The notes under the pieces were generated by a model, which searched no databases, had not been told where the DNA came from, and was given only the letters and a program-made list of their open reading frames with translations. Positions 35,205-48,327 of a DNA stretch of 64,000 nucleotides are shown here, in pieces. Source of the stretch: Octopus vulgaris (lineage: Eukaryota); the NCBI GenBank assembly GCA_951406725.2, contig OX597820.1, positions 60,078,001 to 60,142,000 of the forward strand, in the 5' to 3' direction. A program made the translations under genes and the position numbers. Numbering within the stretch: position 1 is the first letter of the stretch; each line of letters starts with the position of its first letter.

Positions 35205-36202
35205 GAGCAAGACACTCTCATGGAATGTGACCAAATGAAGTTCATTTTTTAACAGTTCCTCTTACTGTCCACGCACATTTCCATCAGTGTTGCAGTGCTT
35301 GGATTGCATTGGTGAACAGCCTAGGTTAGGAAACGTTCAAAGAAACAAGCTGGATCTGCTTCAAACAATATAAGATACAAGGCGGCGAGCTGGTAGAAAC
35401 GTTAGCACGCCGGGGGAAATGCTTTGCGGTATTTCGTCTGCCGCTACGTTCTGAGTTCAAATTCCGCCGAGGTCGACTTTGCCTTTCATCCTTTCGGGGT
35501 CGATTAAATAAGTACCAGTTACGCACTGGAGTCGATGTAATAGATTTAATCCGCTTGTCTGTTCTTGTTTGTCCCCTCTGTGTGTAGCCCCTTGTGGGCA
35601 GTAAAGAAATAAGATATTTCCGTAATGTGATCAGCCTGTTGCACTTTGTGTCAGAAGACGTGGCGCTTATCAAGCAGAAACCTTTGTCGTGTTAAGCTTA
35701 TTGTGCAGAATATTCTCCACTTTCTCTCGGGATATGTTAATATCAGTGATTATTTGCTTTATAGTCAATCGGCTGTATCCATCACCATGAGGTAAACTCG
35801 ATCAATAATTTCCTCGGTGGCGGCAGCTGCAGGGCGACCAGACCATGGATCTTCTCAAGATTCTCTCTTCCCCGGCTAAATTCAGCTATCACTTTTGCAC
35901 TGTGGATAAAGCTGGAGCGTCATCCCCTAATGTGTCAACCATTCTCAGCATGAATGTTCTTGAAAGCTAAACTTTTTTTCTACAGGTGATTGATTACAAC
36001 ACGATGCCAAATTTTGTCGATTTTCACGAGAAGTTGCTGATGGTTACATTTGAAATTTCTCTGAATAATCAGATGTCAGTTTGCCCGGAAAGAAATAATG
36101 CAATTATTAATTAAGAAGTTTTGAAAATACTACAGGCAAGATTCCACAGCTCTCACAGCTCTCCTTCATTGTCAGCTTGTGAATTTTTTAGCCCACTTTC
36201 GT
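35178..36202 (-). mobile_element. Internally deleted mariner fossil with a SINE B insertion
   Basis: Ends cagctgaaatgttcataggctga / tcagcttgtgaattttttagc. Minus-strand DDAPALSTVQK and SGRPAAAATEEIIDRV. Confidence 0.65.
35379..35612 (+). mobile_element. SINE family B (tRNA head, Meta-like core, Tx1-type tail)
   Basis: aaggcggcgagctgg head, GAGTTCAAATTCC B-box, core gcctttcatcctttcggggtcgat, tail ttgtcccctctgtgtgtagccccttgtgggcagtaaagaaata. Confidence 0.88.
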
Positions 36203-36723
36203 ACCTCACAAGACTTTGGTCCACCTGAGGCTATTGTAGAAGACACACGCCCATGGTGCCACGCAGTGAAATTGAACCCAGAACAATGTGGTTGGGAAGC
36301 AAATTCATTACTACTCAGCCACGTCTGCGCCTAGAAAATTTCATTAAAATATGTATTTCACAAAGTCCAGATGTGTAAAGAAATTCTTTATTCCAGTTTT
36401 TGTTTTGACCACATAATCGTAAATCCGTCTAACGAAAACGTGTCTGTGAAAATCTTGATTAAACACCATGTCTTCTGATTCTTTTAATTGACATTCTAAT
36501 CACATGTCTGTAGTATCCGAGTAGCGACCTTTCAATGCAGTCAAGTAGCAGTTTGGCATAGTTACACTTCTTGATCTCTGAGTTATGCACCCAGTCGCGT
36601 AACGATATCCAGACATCCTTCTGAGGAACTCCATTTTGGCTCCATTTCGGTCATTATTCAGTATTCATGACCATAGGTGAAGATAGGCACGAAAACTGGA
36701 TTGAAGCTAGAAGATACAAATTG

Positions 36724-36758
<35 letters not shown>

Positions 36759-36779
36759 TCTTAAATTGTAACTGATGAA

Positions 36780-37498
36780 CAGAGGTTCCCAACTAGGCGG
36801 CACCGCCCCCGTGCGGTGGGCTGGGCATGTCGAAGGAGACATTAGGCTTTAGTGGGAAGAGAGGTAACATAATTAATTTACTAAATTTTACCTATATTAG
36901 TAATCTCTCTCTATATAAACGGCAGTTTGTCTGTGTGTCTGTTAGGTTGTACCCTCACCCTGACCACGGCTTTCAACCGATTCTGATGAAACTTGACACA
37001 CACATAGCCCAATGTCATAATTCAAAACAAACGCAGCGAAAATTTTGAAAAGTTCCCCCAGTTCTGAAAAAAATCGATAAATTCGACATGGGGTCGAGAA
37101 TCAGAAACACAAACCACAGACTGTCTAGGGGACGCAACTCCACCTTTTTAACTCTCAAAAATAAATTTACCATAATTTTTTTTCCATTTTTTTGCTATTT
37201 TTTGGCTATAACTCTCTAAAAATGCTTTATAGTTATTTCCCTTACAAACCCGAGCAACGCCGGGCGATACTGCTAGTTATATGATAAAACTAGTAATGGT
37301 TATTAAAGTGAAATGAGATTTCATCAGGCTCAAGGAAGTTATTAACTTGCAATGTATAAAGTAAATTTACAATTTAAGTCTTTATTAATTTTTTATTATT
37401 ATTTCACTGTTAAAAACTTATGCAATCCATTTTTAGAATAAACTTTATAGTTAGTTTAGTCAAAAAAAAAAAAAAAATAAAAAGATTAAGAACCACTG
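36780..37498. mobile_element. hAT (Charlie-like) MITE containing a nested Helitron
   Basis: Ends CAGAGGTTCCCAACT / AGATTAAGAACCACTG. Candidate 8-bp TSD ctgatgaa/ctgcagaa. Confidence 0.55.
36904..37276 (+). mobile_element. Non-autonomous Helitron
   Basis: A|TC...CTAG|T boundaries, subterminal hairpin CCCGAGCAACGCCGGG, no TSD. Confidence 0.85.
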
Positions 37499-38042
37499 CT
37501 GCAGAACGACTTCTATTTGGTCTCTACGAGGTAACTGCTTTGTACGCAACGTTATTTATCGGTGTAGCGTCATTACAGAAAAGGATAGCCGCTATTGCAC
37601 AGGATCTAGTTTTAGTTCCTTTAAATGTTGTTACAACTTAGTACGAATAGCTTTAGGAATAACATTTTTGCGTAATTCAATTACGAGCTAACTGCACATT
37701 TTAATCTTAACTCTTTGAATACAAAATACAATCTACACTGGAACATCATAACAAGAGACCGTTCTTACACTGGAAACAAGAAAGGTTGCAAATTAGGCCA
37801 TAAGTGCTGAAAAGAAATTTGCTTAGTGAATGCAAACCCAAGTCCAACTCAAGTTGTTCAAAGCTTTTTCATTGCTCCCGCAAAATTTTATGGAATGTAC
37901 TTGCACCCACTGCACACCATGTTCCCTAGTCTATGGATTAAGCTTTACGGAAGCACTCTGTATTTTAAGCAACAAAAAATTACTTAACTTAAAACAAGAA
38001 TGCTTTTTCTCTTGCAAGCACAAAATCTGAAAGTCGTTTAAA

Positions 38043-38451
38043 GGATCTTTTCGGTTTGACTGGCAGTTTTTTCTAGCGGTGTCATATGAAATTGTCACCC
38101 ATAATTATGACCCTAGTATCGATCTATTGCATTTCAATCTGTTTTAGGGTTAGGGGTGGGGGGAAGGATATCTTTTTTTCTTCCAAATGTAAATAAACCC
38201 AATCTGTTTCTTAAACGAGGGACATATTCATACGGCACAGAATGTTTTTACCTCAATAGACGTCACTGATTGGTTGAAATTGCAGAAATTGAAGAAAAAA
38301 AACACAAATATCTTAGAAACTATAGAATTTTCTCACTAAAGCCAAGAGAAAAAGATGTTTTATAAACACATTCTACCAGTATACGAAGTTTAAAAGTGTT
38401 TAGTTACGTAGAAATTATTTTAAAAAACTGCCGGTCAAACCGAAAAGATCC
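38043..38451 (+). mobile_element. Merlin-type MITE (409 bp)
   Basis: ~29-bp TIRs GGATCTTTTCGGTTTGAC(T/C)GGCAGTTTTTT and a perfect 8-bp TSD CGTTTAAA (38035-38042 / 38452-38459). Internal TTAGGGTTAGGG. Confidence 0.9.
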
Positions 38452-39312
38452 CGTTTAAATTCTACAGATACAATTTCTACATAGGTGAAATAGTATAAGA
38501 GTTGATTATATTCTTTTAGTTGAGTTTAAGTAACTCTGTTATAGGAACATAGAAACTTTTCAAATAATGGCGGTATAAAATTATTTTATCTTCACTGCAT
38601 AAAAAACAACAAATCAATGTAAATACATGTGAAGTTCTTTATTACTATTTATTATTATGTGTGTGTGTGTGTATGTGTGTGTATTTCACCTACATAATTA
38701 TGACCTAGTATTTCACCCATAATTATGACCCTAGTATCGATCTATTGCATTTCAATCTGTTTTAGGGTTAGGGGTGGGGGAAGGATATCTTTTTTCTTCC
38801 AAATGTAAATAAACCCAATCTGTTTCTTAAACGAGGGACATATTCATACGGCACAGAATGTTTTTACCTCAATAGACGTCACTGATTGGTTGAAATTGCA
38901 GAAATTGAAGAAAAAAAACACAAATATCTTAGAAACTATAGAATTTTCTCACTAAAGCCAAGAGAAAAAGATGTTTTATAAACACATTCTACCAGTATAC
39001 GAAGTTTAAAAGTGTTTAGTTACGTAGAAATTATTTTAAAAAACTGCCGGTCAAACCGAAAAGATCCCGTTTAAATTCTACAGATACAATTTCTACATAG
39101 GTGAAATAGTATAAGAGTTGATTATATTCTTTTAGTTGAGTTTAAGTAACTCTGTTATAGGAACATAGAAACTTTTCAAATAATGGCGGTATAAAATTAT
39201 TTTATCTTCACTGCATAAAAAACAACAAATCAATGTAAATACATGTGAAGTTCTTTATTACTATTTATTATTATGTGTGTGTGTGTGTGTATGTGTGTGT
39301 ATTTCACCTACA
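38095..39312 (+). repeat. 600-bp tandem duplication (MITE right part plus flank) with an 18-bp junction insert
   Basis: 38095-38694 is nearly identical to 38713-39312. The junction 38695-38712 reads taattatgacctagtatt. Confidence 0.92.
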
Positions 39313-39329
39313 CAAACATAAGCGAAATG

Positions 39330-40710
39330 AACATCAGAGATGCATTGCCCCAAGCAAAAATTGCCAGAGCTAATTAGAGATTTTGCAAGCTCTTCTAAAT
39401 CCATCGCAATACCGAAAACGCTCCTGTGTGGTCAGCAGGTATCAGGGTCACAAAAGTTTCGCTCCTTAGTCTGAACGCTTCGCCTGAGTGGAGCGATGAG
39501 GACTGAACAATTCTTCATCTTCGGAAGGGTGCCACTTGCGCTCTCTTATCAACCATAGCCACCTTGAGCTGGTTCCAGCTACCGTGACTATCTACTTGAT
39601 GGCATTCCTCAATTCTTTGGGTTCCAGGCCTATCTTCTGTAAGGAAAGCGTACTGAGTTTTATTTCTTTTGGTGGTAATGGTGGGGAAATAGCTCTCAGA
39701 AAGTGTCTAAAGCTAGGGTTCCTGCCTCTTCTAGTTCAAACGTAAACGTCTTGCAAAACCTCCTCAACAATAGTAGGCAGGTTTTGTAAATTTTATAGGT
39801 GGTGCCAGATGGACCTGAAGCTGAATCTGCGAGAGTTTTCCAACCCTCACTTCGTCGAAAGTGAAATTTGCCATGTTGTAGGGGGTGAGGAGTTGAAGCG
39901 TTGGCAGTGGAAAAGGACAATCTCCCAACGGAATTTCTTTTCTGGGTCTGCCATGTACTGCTGTTACTCTGCTCTCCACATCTTGCTTGGCCTCCCACTT
40001 TTGGCTTTCCGAGGTCCGCTGCCAACTGAAAAGGGTTGTTAAAAAAGATCTTCCTTTGCCTCCACCCCACCTCTCTCTCTCTCCTTTTTCCGAAGTGACT
40101 CTACCCTGCAAAGCTGGTGCAGGTTTCATCTTAACACAACGCTAAGTTGGTTTAAAGTCACTTTTCTTTCATCGCCTGCTTGCTTCCACCTTTATTTTAG
40201 TTGCTTTAGCTCTGTCCTCAATCCTGCCATCTGACGCTACTTCATATTAGAACCGTTCTGCTTGTTGCTTTTACTTTCTTTCACATTAAAGGTATCTTGA
40301 CATGTCTGGTATACCACTTGCATCATGGTTCTTATTTTCCTGTAGCATCACTCTTCACAATGTTGTCCAGGATAATGTTCAAGTCCTTGACAAACTGGCC
40401 TATCTGAGGTCTGTCACTGGTGACAAATTTTGCCTTGTTCTTTTCGCAAAGCCTTCGGGGAATTCAGTATCATCCACTGCTCTTGTGCATTGAGCAAGCT
40501 GAGAAGAGAGGTCCTGGGCACTGTAGTTTACCTCCTGAACCTGGTCTTCCTCCGAGCGACAAGCAGTGCTGATACTCTCCAAACTAAGCCTGTGGGTAGT
40601 GTCAGATGCTTTGCGTTTCTTTAGCTGCTCTTTGCATTTCGATTTTCTTTGATAAATTTTCATCCCACATTCGCTCCTAAATTTGGTTAGGCTGCGTATC
40701 GTTTCCATAT
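39330..40710 (-). mobile_element. Internally deleted HERO/NeSL-like (RLE-type) non-LTR retrotransposon
   Basis: Minus-strand GMKIYQRKSKC, FFNNPFQLAADL.GKPK and SASGPSGTTYKIYKTCLLLLRR are joined almost directly to the C-terminal LRNAIK*IVTVAGTSSRWLWLIRERKW. Confidence 0.7.
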
Positions 40711-41577
40711 AAAACTAAGTAACCACATTAACTCTTCAATGAGTCTGTTGCTGGGATGAGGTGATGGTTAGTTTGCTGAAAGCCGTGTATAAGTAGAGTA
40801 TATCAAGAAACGTTTGAACATGATTTATTATGCCACACTGGTCATAAAGAGATGTTCATGCATTCAGTATACATGTGGAATCATCAAGATGAAAATAGCG
40901 GAATACAACATGCAAAAAACTGGTTATCCAAAGTTTACCACTGGGGTGGTTTTTACATAATGAATATGTAACGATTGAAATTAATTGTGTAACAATAGTA
41001 CGAAATGTCGGAGTCGTTATCATTTTGTAAGGATTGGTTCTTCGTTGATTGCCATTATGTAAAGATGAAAGAACAGTGACTGAAGTTATGAAGAAAATAT
41101 TTATTTACCGTTACAGTGAATATTCCTTGCCTCGACGGGCAGGTGATAAAATCAATCCTAGAGCATGCGAAGTAAAGTTAGATGTCGTAGATTTTCCTTG
41201 TATAATTTTGTGTACACGTATTCTTAGTAGTTATCCACAGATAGCGATAGTATGATGTTGTAAGAGAACAGACTTAGAGCTAGTGAAAGTTGTAGGGTCG
41301 TGGTAAGTTGTCTCATAGCTGCTGACAGTAAATTTCATTTCTCCCTTTGACCATTGGCTTTAGTAGTTGCCTGCTTGTGACCATGATTCTAGCGTTCCGC
41401 TCCCTAACTGATGGTAGCAGTCTCTGACTCGAGTTGTCACTCACAAATTAACTGATTGACTGATTGAGTTGTCACGAGCCTACTAACTGAGTTGTCACCA
41501 AGTGACTAACTGATTTTTGCTTGAGGGTTCTTGATTTTATAACTATCCAGAAGGATAGACATATTGCTGAGAACTGA

Positions 41578-44500
41578 TTTTTTTATTACCCACAAGGGGC
41601 GAACATAGAGGGGACAATACAACCTGATATGGGGTCAGATTTGCGGATGGGATTACAAAAATGATGAGCTTTTAAAAATATACAAAAAATTTTTAAAAAT
41701 TGAATGAAAGAACAGACCAGAAGACATTACGGATGGAGTGGGGGCGGGTTTAGCTCGGACCCCACGAGCCCCGCCTCACCACTGATACTTTGGTTTTCGT
41801 CCTGCTTTACATTTATGTGGTATCATCCACACGCAACTTTCGTGCTACATCCTTCCATCTTTCTTCATACACTTTCTTAGTCAGGCATTTTCTCTCCAGC
41901 CCTATCTTCCTTTTCAGGTGAAAGATGAAGTAATTCATCAATCCAGAGCCAGAGATGAACTTGCCTGACCGTAAACCTTTCATCCTAGTCTTCCAAATCA
42001 CCTCTCTCGCAATTGCAACTACAACGAGAAAACAATTATTACCTTCTTTCGCGAGGAAATCTGGTGGGTCAATTTTTATAATAGACTCAGTCGACAGCTG
42101 TACTCTTCGTGTGCTTGACAACAGCTGTTCGGCATAAACCCACACCTCTGACACGACCGAACATTGAACAATAGCATGCGGGGCGGTTTCCCTATCCCGC
42201 TCGCATCTTGGACATGTCGGACTGTCTTGGCCACCGTGCCTTGCGAGTTTATCCCGAACAGGTAGAGCTCCTCTGTAACATTGCCATGCCAGAGACTTCT
42301 GGAAGTTGTCCAGGGTCTTCGGCCCGAATGTACGTTGGAACAGACTGGCCAGCTGATTATCGTCGAGACCTAGGGCTTCCCCTAAGGTATCTTCACATTC
42401 CGCCTCTACCAGCCATCTATAGAAAAATGTGGTGGAACCCCCACTGTAGGCGTTGCCCGAGCGACGGAATTGCAGGAGAGCCTTGCGCCACTCCGTGTAC
42501 CATGTACCCAGTTTCGATCTACGATTCAGCCAGGTTTCCCCTCCACCGAAACTAGTGAACTTGGGAAACATCAGTTTTGTCAGCGGAGACCACACCCGTT
42601 CATCATCCAGGTAGAGCCACAGATGTCTTACATCAGCCAAGGCATCCCTAGCCCACCCTTTAACGGTTGTTGACAGCAAGTAGAGCGTTTCACAAGCGGT
42701 TTGCCGCCCTTCCACAAGAAGTAGAAGAGCTATCTTTCCAACTTGATCAACCACGAATCAGGGCAAGGAACGACGGATAGGCGGTAGGTGATAACCGATG
42801 CGATAAACACATTGGCTACCTCCGCCCTTCCTTTCAGGGATAGCCACCGCCAAGACCAGGTCTTGACTACTGCAGCCACCCTGCTCGATACCTCGCTCCA
42901 GTTCTTCTCTATTTGGAGGTCTGGTCCAAACCAAACCCCTAGCAACTTAATCGGACCCTCCGTCCAACGTCCCACGACGCTGTCAGGAGGCATCGACTTG
43001 CCTCTCCAGGTGCCGAGCTGCAAGCCGACTGACTATTCACGATTAACCTTTGCTCCTGTCACCGTCTCGTAAACCTCTATGGCCTTGCCTACCCTATGTA
43101 GTAGATCCATTTCGGTTACGATGATGGTGATGTCATCCGCGTAGGCTGACACCGATTTTCCACAACCTGGCTGTTTCGGGATGCCGCTCAGTTTTCGCAG
43201 TAATGGCCACCACGTACAAAAGCGGGGAGAGCGGACACCCTTGACGAACCGAGCGCTTGATGTTGAACGGCTTCGAAAAGAAGCCGTTCACCCGAACTAC
43301 CGAGTCGATGTTATCGTAAATTTGTATAATCTACCTGAGGAAGCCAAGGCCCAGTCCGAACTGTGCCAGAACGGACACCAGGTAGCGATGGTCGACCCTA
43401 TCAAATGCTTTAGATTGGTTTAAATTGGACCCTTGCCAGAGACACTATTAAACCCCTCTATAGTGTACCGCATAAGATGGAGATTATCCTGAATGGATCT
43501 GCCGGGAACGGCACATGTCTGTGCCTCCCCGATCAGACCATCCGTGACACGCGCCAATCTTTTCGATAACACTTTGGCCAAAATCTTCAACTCTGTGTTT
43601 AGCAGAGTGATGGGCCTGAAATTATCAATGCACTCCCCCTTGTTCGGGTCCTTTCTGACAAGCGTCATTACTCTCCGGCGTACAGATCTGGGAATGAACC
43701 CGTTCTGCAGCCAGTTCGCATAGACCTCCGTCAGTAGCTGCCCGAACAAGTCTGGCATACTCTTATATAACTCTTAGGGTAGACCATCCAAACCCGGCGC
43801 ATTTCCCGCGCCGCAGTCCGCCATTGCCTCAGCCATTTCCACAGGCGTGATTGGCCCTTCACAGCCCTCCGCATCTCGCCCCGATAGGCGCGGCAGCCCG
43901 TCGAGGAGGTCCGTAAAGTCCCTCTTTCTATCCGGCCCGCCGCCCCCACCGAAAAGCTGAGCGAAGTGCTCCTGAAAGGCCTCACACATCTCGGGTTCGT
44001 CTATCAACTTACCTTGTTGGTTCGTCAAAGATCGAATTGTGGCATCATTACCACGCTGATCTTCCACCACTCGGGCCCACCTCGCGGCGTTGATTCCCTC
44101 ACAACCCACTGCGCGGATCCTAGCCCTGACAATGCAGCCCATGTCTGCCTCGAGGTGCTGGTTTAACGCCGGTCTCTTGGCCGTCACCTGATCCGCAGAG
44201 CCAGTTTTCATGGCTTCCTCTAATTCCTTAACTAGAGTTGATTCTCTCCTAGCCTCTCTAGCCACTAATCCTATGCTATATCTAATAGACTCGAATTTGA
44301 TGGCTCGCTTGAGGGCATACCACCTTTTGTTATTAATGATGGCACCAGATAGCGCCCTCTGAATTATAGTCCTAATCCGGTCTCTGTACTCCTTAATCGC
44401 CAAAAGGGCCGTATTAAGTTTCCAATAACCAGAGCCTCTATTATTAACCTTATCTATATCCAGCTTACAGGTGACCATTTTATGATCACTGTAGCTGACC

Positions 44501-46540
44501 GGGTAAAACTGTGGACACTTAGCTATTTCTGTCTACTTTTCTAATTAGTATTCTATCTATGTATGACCAGGAAGATCCGTCGCTGCTTGACCATGTCCAC
44601 CATGGAGCGTTCAGAAATTCCAACCTATAAGGATCTGCTAGCTCAAAGCGACTTAGCAGTTCCAGGAAGCCAATGTTACCTTTTCTATCTGGACGCAAGC
44701 CAACGCAATCCACATCCGCCTTGCAAATTGTGTTAAAGTCTCCTAGCACAACTAATGAATGTGAAGTACCAAGAAACTTCTCCAGCTCTCGAAAATAATC
44801 ACTTTGTCCCTTTTGGTTGGGTGCGTAAATTGCAACCAGTCTGATAACTTTACCGTTACTGAACGTCAAATCCATGACGACCAGCCTACCCTCTGGATCT
44901 GAAAAAATTAACTTTTTCTCAAAAACCCGGTTTCTTTTTAATAGGACCAACACCCCACCCCCGCCGGTAGAACTGGCCGGAGAGAAAAAACTCTCGTAGC
45001 CGCCAAACAGCGGGAGCAGACCTCTTGGCCCCTCTAACCGGGTTTCTGTAGCAACAATGACATCCAAATTACGCGACCTGATATCATTAAGGAAACGACC
45101 CTGCTTCTAGCTTGATCCCAGGCCGCGCACATTTAAACAACCAACATATTTGCAATTCATGACTTACCTTATATCAGTGATTCGACTTGTTCGACTTGTT
45201 GTTCTTCTTCACTTTTGTTTTTTTCCCGGACTCGTGGAGGAGTCTGACACAGGCCCTCGTATATATATGGTGATAAGTCCATTCTCAGAGGGCCCACGTC
45301 ATGAAAGAATTCGGACTTTATCCGTCCGTAATCCTTCTGGCCTATTCTGTAAATAATAAAGTCTTTCGTTTTTGTAACTTACCTCACCCTTGACATAGCT
45401 GCCAATCGGTTAATTAATATGTTGTTGGATGCCTTAATGGCCATAAATGTGTTCGTGTTTTCTTTTCTTTTTTTTTGGCTCAATTTCTGAGGGGAGGTTT
45501 CTGTTTTCCGTTTTTTCTTGGTGATTTTTGATCACCCCTCCTCTTTTTCCTTTTCCTCACAGCTTGTTGTTTCTGTTGTTTCTAATTTTTCTGGTGTTTT
45601 CTTTAAGTTGTCTGGTGATGTTTCTGGTTTTTCCTTTTCCTTTTCTGGCGGTGCTGCTTCCTGTGGTTTAGGTTGGCACTCTGCTCTCACGTGCCCCTTT
45701 TTACCGCAGCCAAGCACCTCGGCTTTCTGCCTTCCACAAAAACTACTACTCTCTCCTCGTTGATTTTCAACGTCTCTGGGATTTCTTCCAAAGTCTGTAT
45801 TTCCGCTTGTATTGCCATTGAAATGCATTGGCCTTTCCAATGCCCCTCCTCCGCTACTGTAGCCTGGAGGATATTGATCTTGTCCTCCAGTCCGAACATG
45901 ACTGCCGCCACCAGGCATGTGGCGTCTGCCTCTGGGGGAAATGTTGTTGATTTTGATTTTCGAGGTCCTTCTTCCTCTGTACAGGGGGAGGAGGACTATA
46001 TCATCTGCTTTTAATGGTCCAGTTGATAGCTTTTTAGCTATCTCATCTGTCCTAAACCTCACTTCTACCGTTCCGAATTTTCTTCCACGATTCAGGTAAG
46101 TAAATTCCTGCCATATTGCCTTTAGGCAACTCTCAATTTTCTTTTCTTCCACTCTTTGAATGGATTTCATTGTTGTGTTGTATGTCTTGTAGATTATTCT
46201 TCTTTTTTCGACTTCCTCTATCTTGCTGACGTTCGGTGTTACTGTCACTTCTGTCCCTTCCTTTTTAAGACATGTTGTATACTTTTCCAAGTTGCTTTTT
46301 TCTGTGTTTATCTTCTTTAGCTTCTTGCCCACCACTTCTGAAAACTTCTTGGCTGGGGCTTCTCCTACTCTCGGCGACACCGCCGGTGAGCTTTCTTCAC
46401 CTGACACAGGTGAATAAGAGATAGGGGTTTCCATCTCCGAATATGGCTTAACAAGCCTTTCAATTGGCTTTAACAAGCCATTTTGCAAAATTCTGGCTTC
46501 GCAAGCCTTTTGTGCCGTTTTGTAAATTTTCCACAATAAT
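41578..46540 (-). mobile_element. Tx1/L1-clade LINE, near full length, inactivated by stops and frameshifts
   Basis: ORF1 (ATG ~46434) with zinc knuckle CGKKGHVRAEC. ORF2 from 45160: APE (CLNVRGL, ETRL, AIYAPN, GDFN, SYIDRIL, SDH), GSGYWKLN, RT (FRPITLLNTELKILAK, AYADD at ~43132-43146) and C-terminal CPRC..ETAPHAIVQC, stop at 41813. Short poly(A) at 41578-41584. Confidence 0.93.
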
Positions 46541-47879
46541 TCCCCCGCGGGGGTGGTGTGGTGGATTTTAATACGTAACCTTCAAATGAAGGCAAATAAT
46601 AATTTTGTACAAACAGACAAAATATACAATTTAAAGTAACAGTAATATTTTTACAAACCGGTATTAAATAACGTAACAGCAATCGACTAACAGAATGGAC
46701 TTCGTTGGTGGTACTTGTTATCATGATTCTCGATTTTGGTGAAATAGAAGAGGTTAGAACGGTCAAGTGGCGAAGACATTATTTCGGCCTAGGTAAGGCG
46801 TCTGGAAAATGTAAAACTGCTGTCACAGAAAAAACTATTGTTCTACCGTGAGAAAAGTTCTGCTGAAGTGTTAATTTAAATTTAGCTATCCAGGATCGAA
46901 TCTACTTCATGCCTGCAAGATCCACTACAAATATATATACGTGGTGTCATGTCTACCTTACGATCGCATATGAGTTGTACATATAGTTATTAGAATGACA
47001 GGAAATCAGTGTGTGTCGTCGTAACGCACTCAAAGACACTTTGGAGTTTGGCGAGATTGAAGACAACGCCACGGCCCGACATCTCTAACAGTTTGCGAAT
47101 GGCGCCGAGAATGAATTTTATCTACAGGCTATGTTTGGCAAGATTTTAGGACGATCTGGAGAAGCTATCTCGTGAACACTAGCCGATGGTTGGACAATAA
47201 CTCGGCTGCGTACATGATCAAGCCATTGTTGTCTCATGACTTGATAGTCGTTGTTGTGCGTAGTTTGGGTTCTGATGGGATAGACAACCAAATGAAGACC
47301 ATTGTTATTGTTACGTGTTTATTTTCTATTCATGATACACGGACTCGACATTCAGCGTAGTAATACATTATATACTTTACACACAGTTGTACTGTTCACT
47401 AACAAAATAGTGTCAAGAGTGGAGATGTAGTTTGGCATACGTAAACACATAGATATGAATGTGTAACAGTCGTAATGTGGCAACGCAAGTTCTAATCCAT
47501 GCTACACTTATCAATTAGACCGATATATGACCAAGAATACACACCAATTCCAAATATATGAATTAATAACAAAATAGTTTATTTAAAACGGGATGATAGC
47601 TGCTTCAGAATTTACGTTTTCTTCTCTGTCTGTCTGTCTTTCTCTCTCTCTTTCTATCTCTCTCTCTCTCTCCCGAGAGAAAGAAAGAAAGAGAGAGAGA
47701 GAGTCTAGTGCGTGTATATATGATTGTCTTGTATGGCGAGATTATAAATGATTAAGCATAACTAAGAAATATAATATGAAGCTGCTTTATTCGAAATGTT
47801 TCTTACAAGAAGTAGATGATCTGAGGTTAAAAACTATTCGATATTAGACGATGACAATATTTTTACACTATGTAAAATA

Positions 47880-48098
47880 CGAGGAGGTGATGAAAATTCC
47901 TAGCTTTGGGTAAAAGAAAACACAAGAGGATCAGTTAATTATGATTTTATACAACGTCTTCCCCTCTCAGATTCACACACAGATTCACAAAGCGGTCCTT
48001 CAGTTTTTCTAAGCCTTGTAAAAGAACTCGAAAGGTTGAGCCGCCAACTTGACCTTTCGCGATACCCTTAAAGCCTGGAACTTTTCAGCACCACCTCG
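47880..48098. mobile_element. Mariner-type MITE (219 bp)
   Basis: TA|CGAGGAGGTGATGAAAATTCC ... GGAACTTTTCAGCACCACCTCG|TA. Confidence 0.8.
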
Positions 48099-48327
48099 TA
48101 CTACGAAATAAACTCACCTTGACTCAGGTATCCTTGACATTTCTTAATTCAAAGAATTTTCTTTTCATGTACTTGTTTGGTTTAGAAGAATAGGGTGGAA
48201 AATATGATGATACTTATCACTAAATATGCTTAATGGGCTTAAGATTTCCAAATTTTGACCTTTGTTTTAAAGCATAAATATTTTCTCTGAGCAGTCTGGC
48301 ATACTGAACCATAAAAATTTTGATATT

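Noticed and set aside
36765-36845. CTGATGA followed by GC-rich stems, a possible ribozyme
   Set aside because: No correctly placed GAAA and stem III. The sequence is explained as the TSD and left end of a hAT MITE.
41400-41515. Short direct repeats with spacers (GAGTTGTCAC x3), superficially CRISPR-like
   Set aside because: Repeats are only ~10 bp with irregular spacing, there are no cas genes and the context is eukaryotic. More likely a retroelement UTR.
46570-47360. CpG-containing unique-looking sequence upstream of the Tx1 element, a possible exon or promoter
   Set aside because: No recognisable ORF, TIR or RNA motif. Could not assign it, and no TSD defining the LINE 5' boundary was found.
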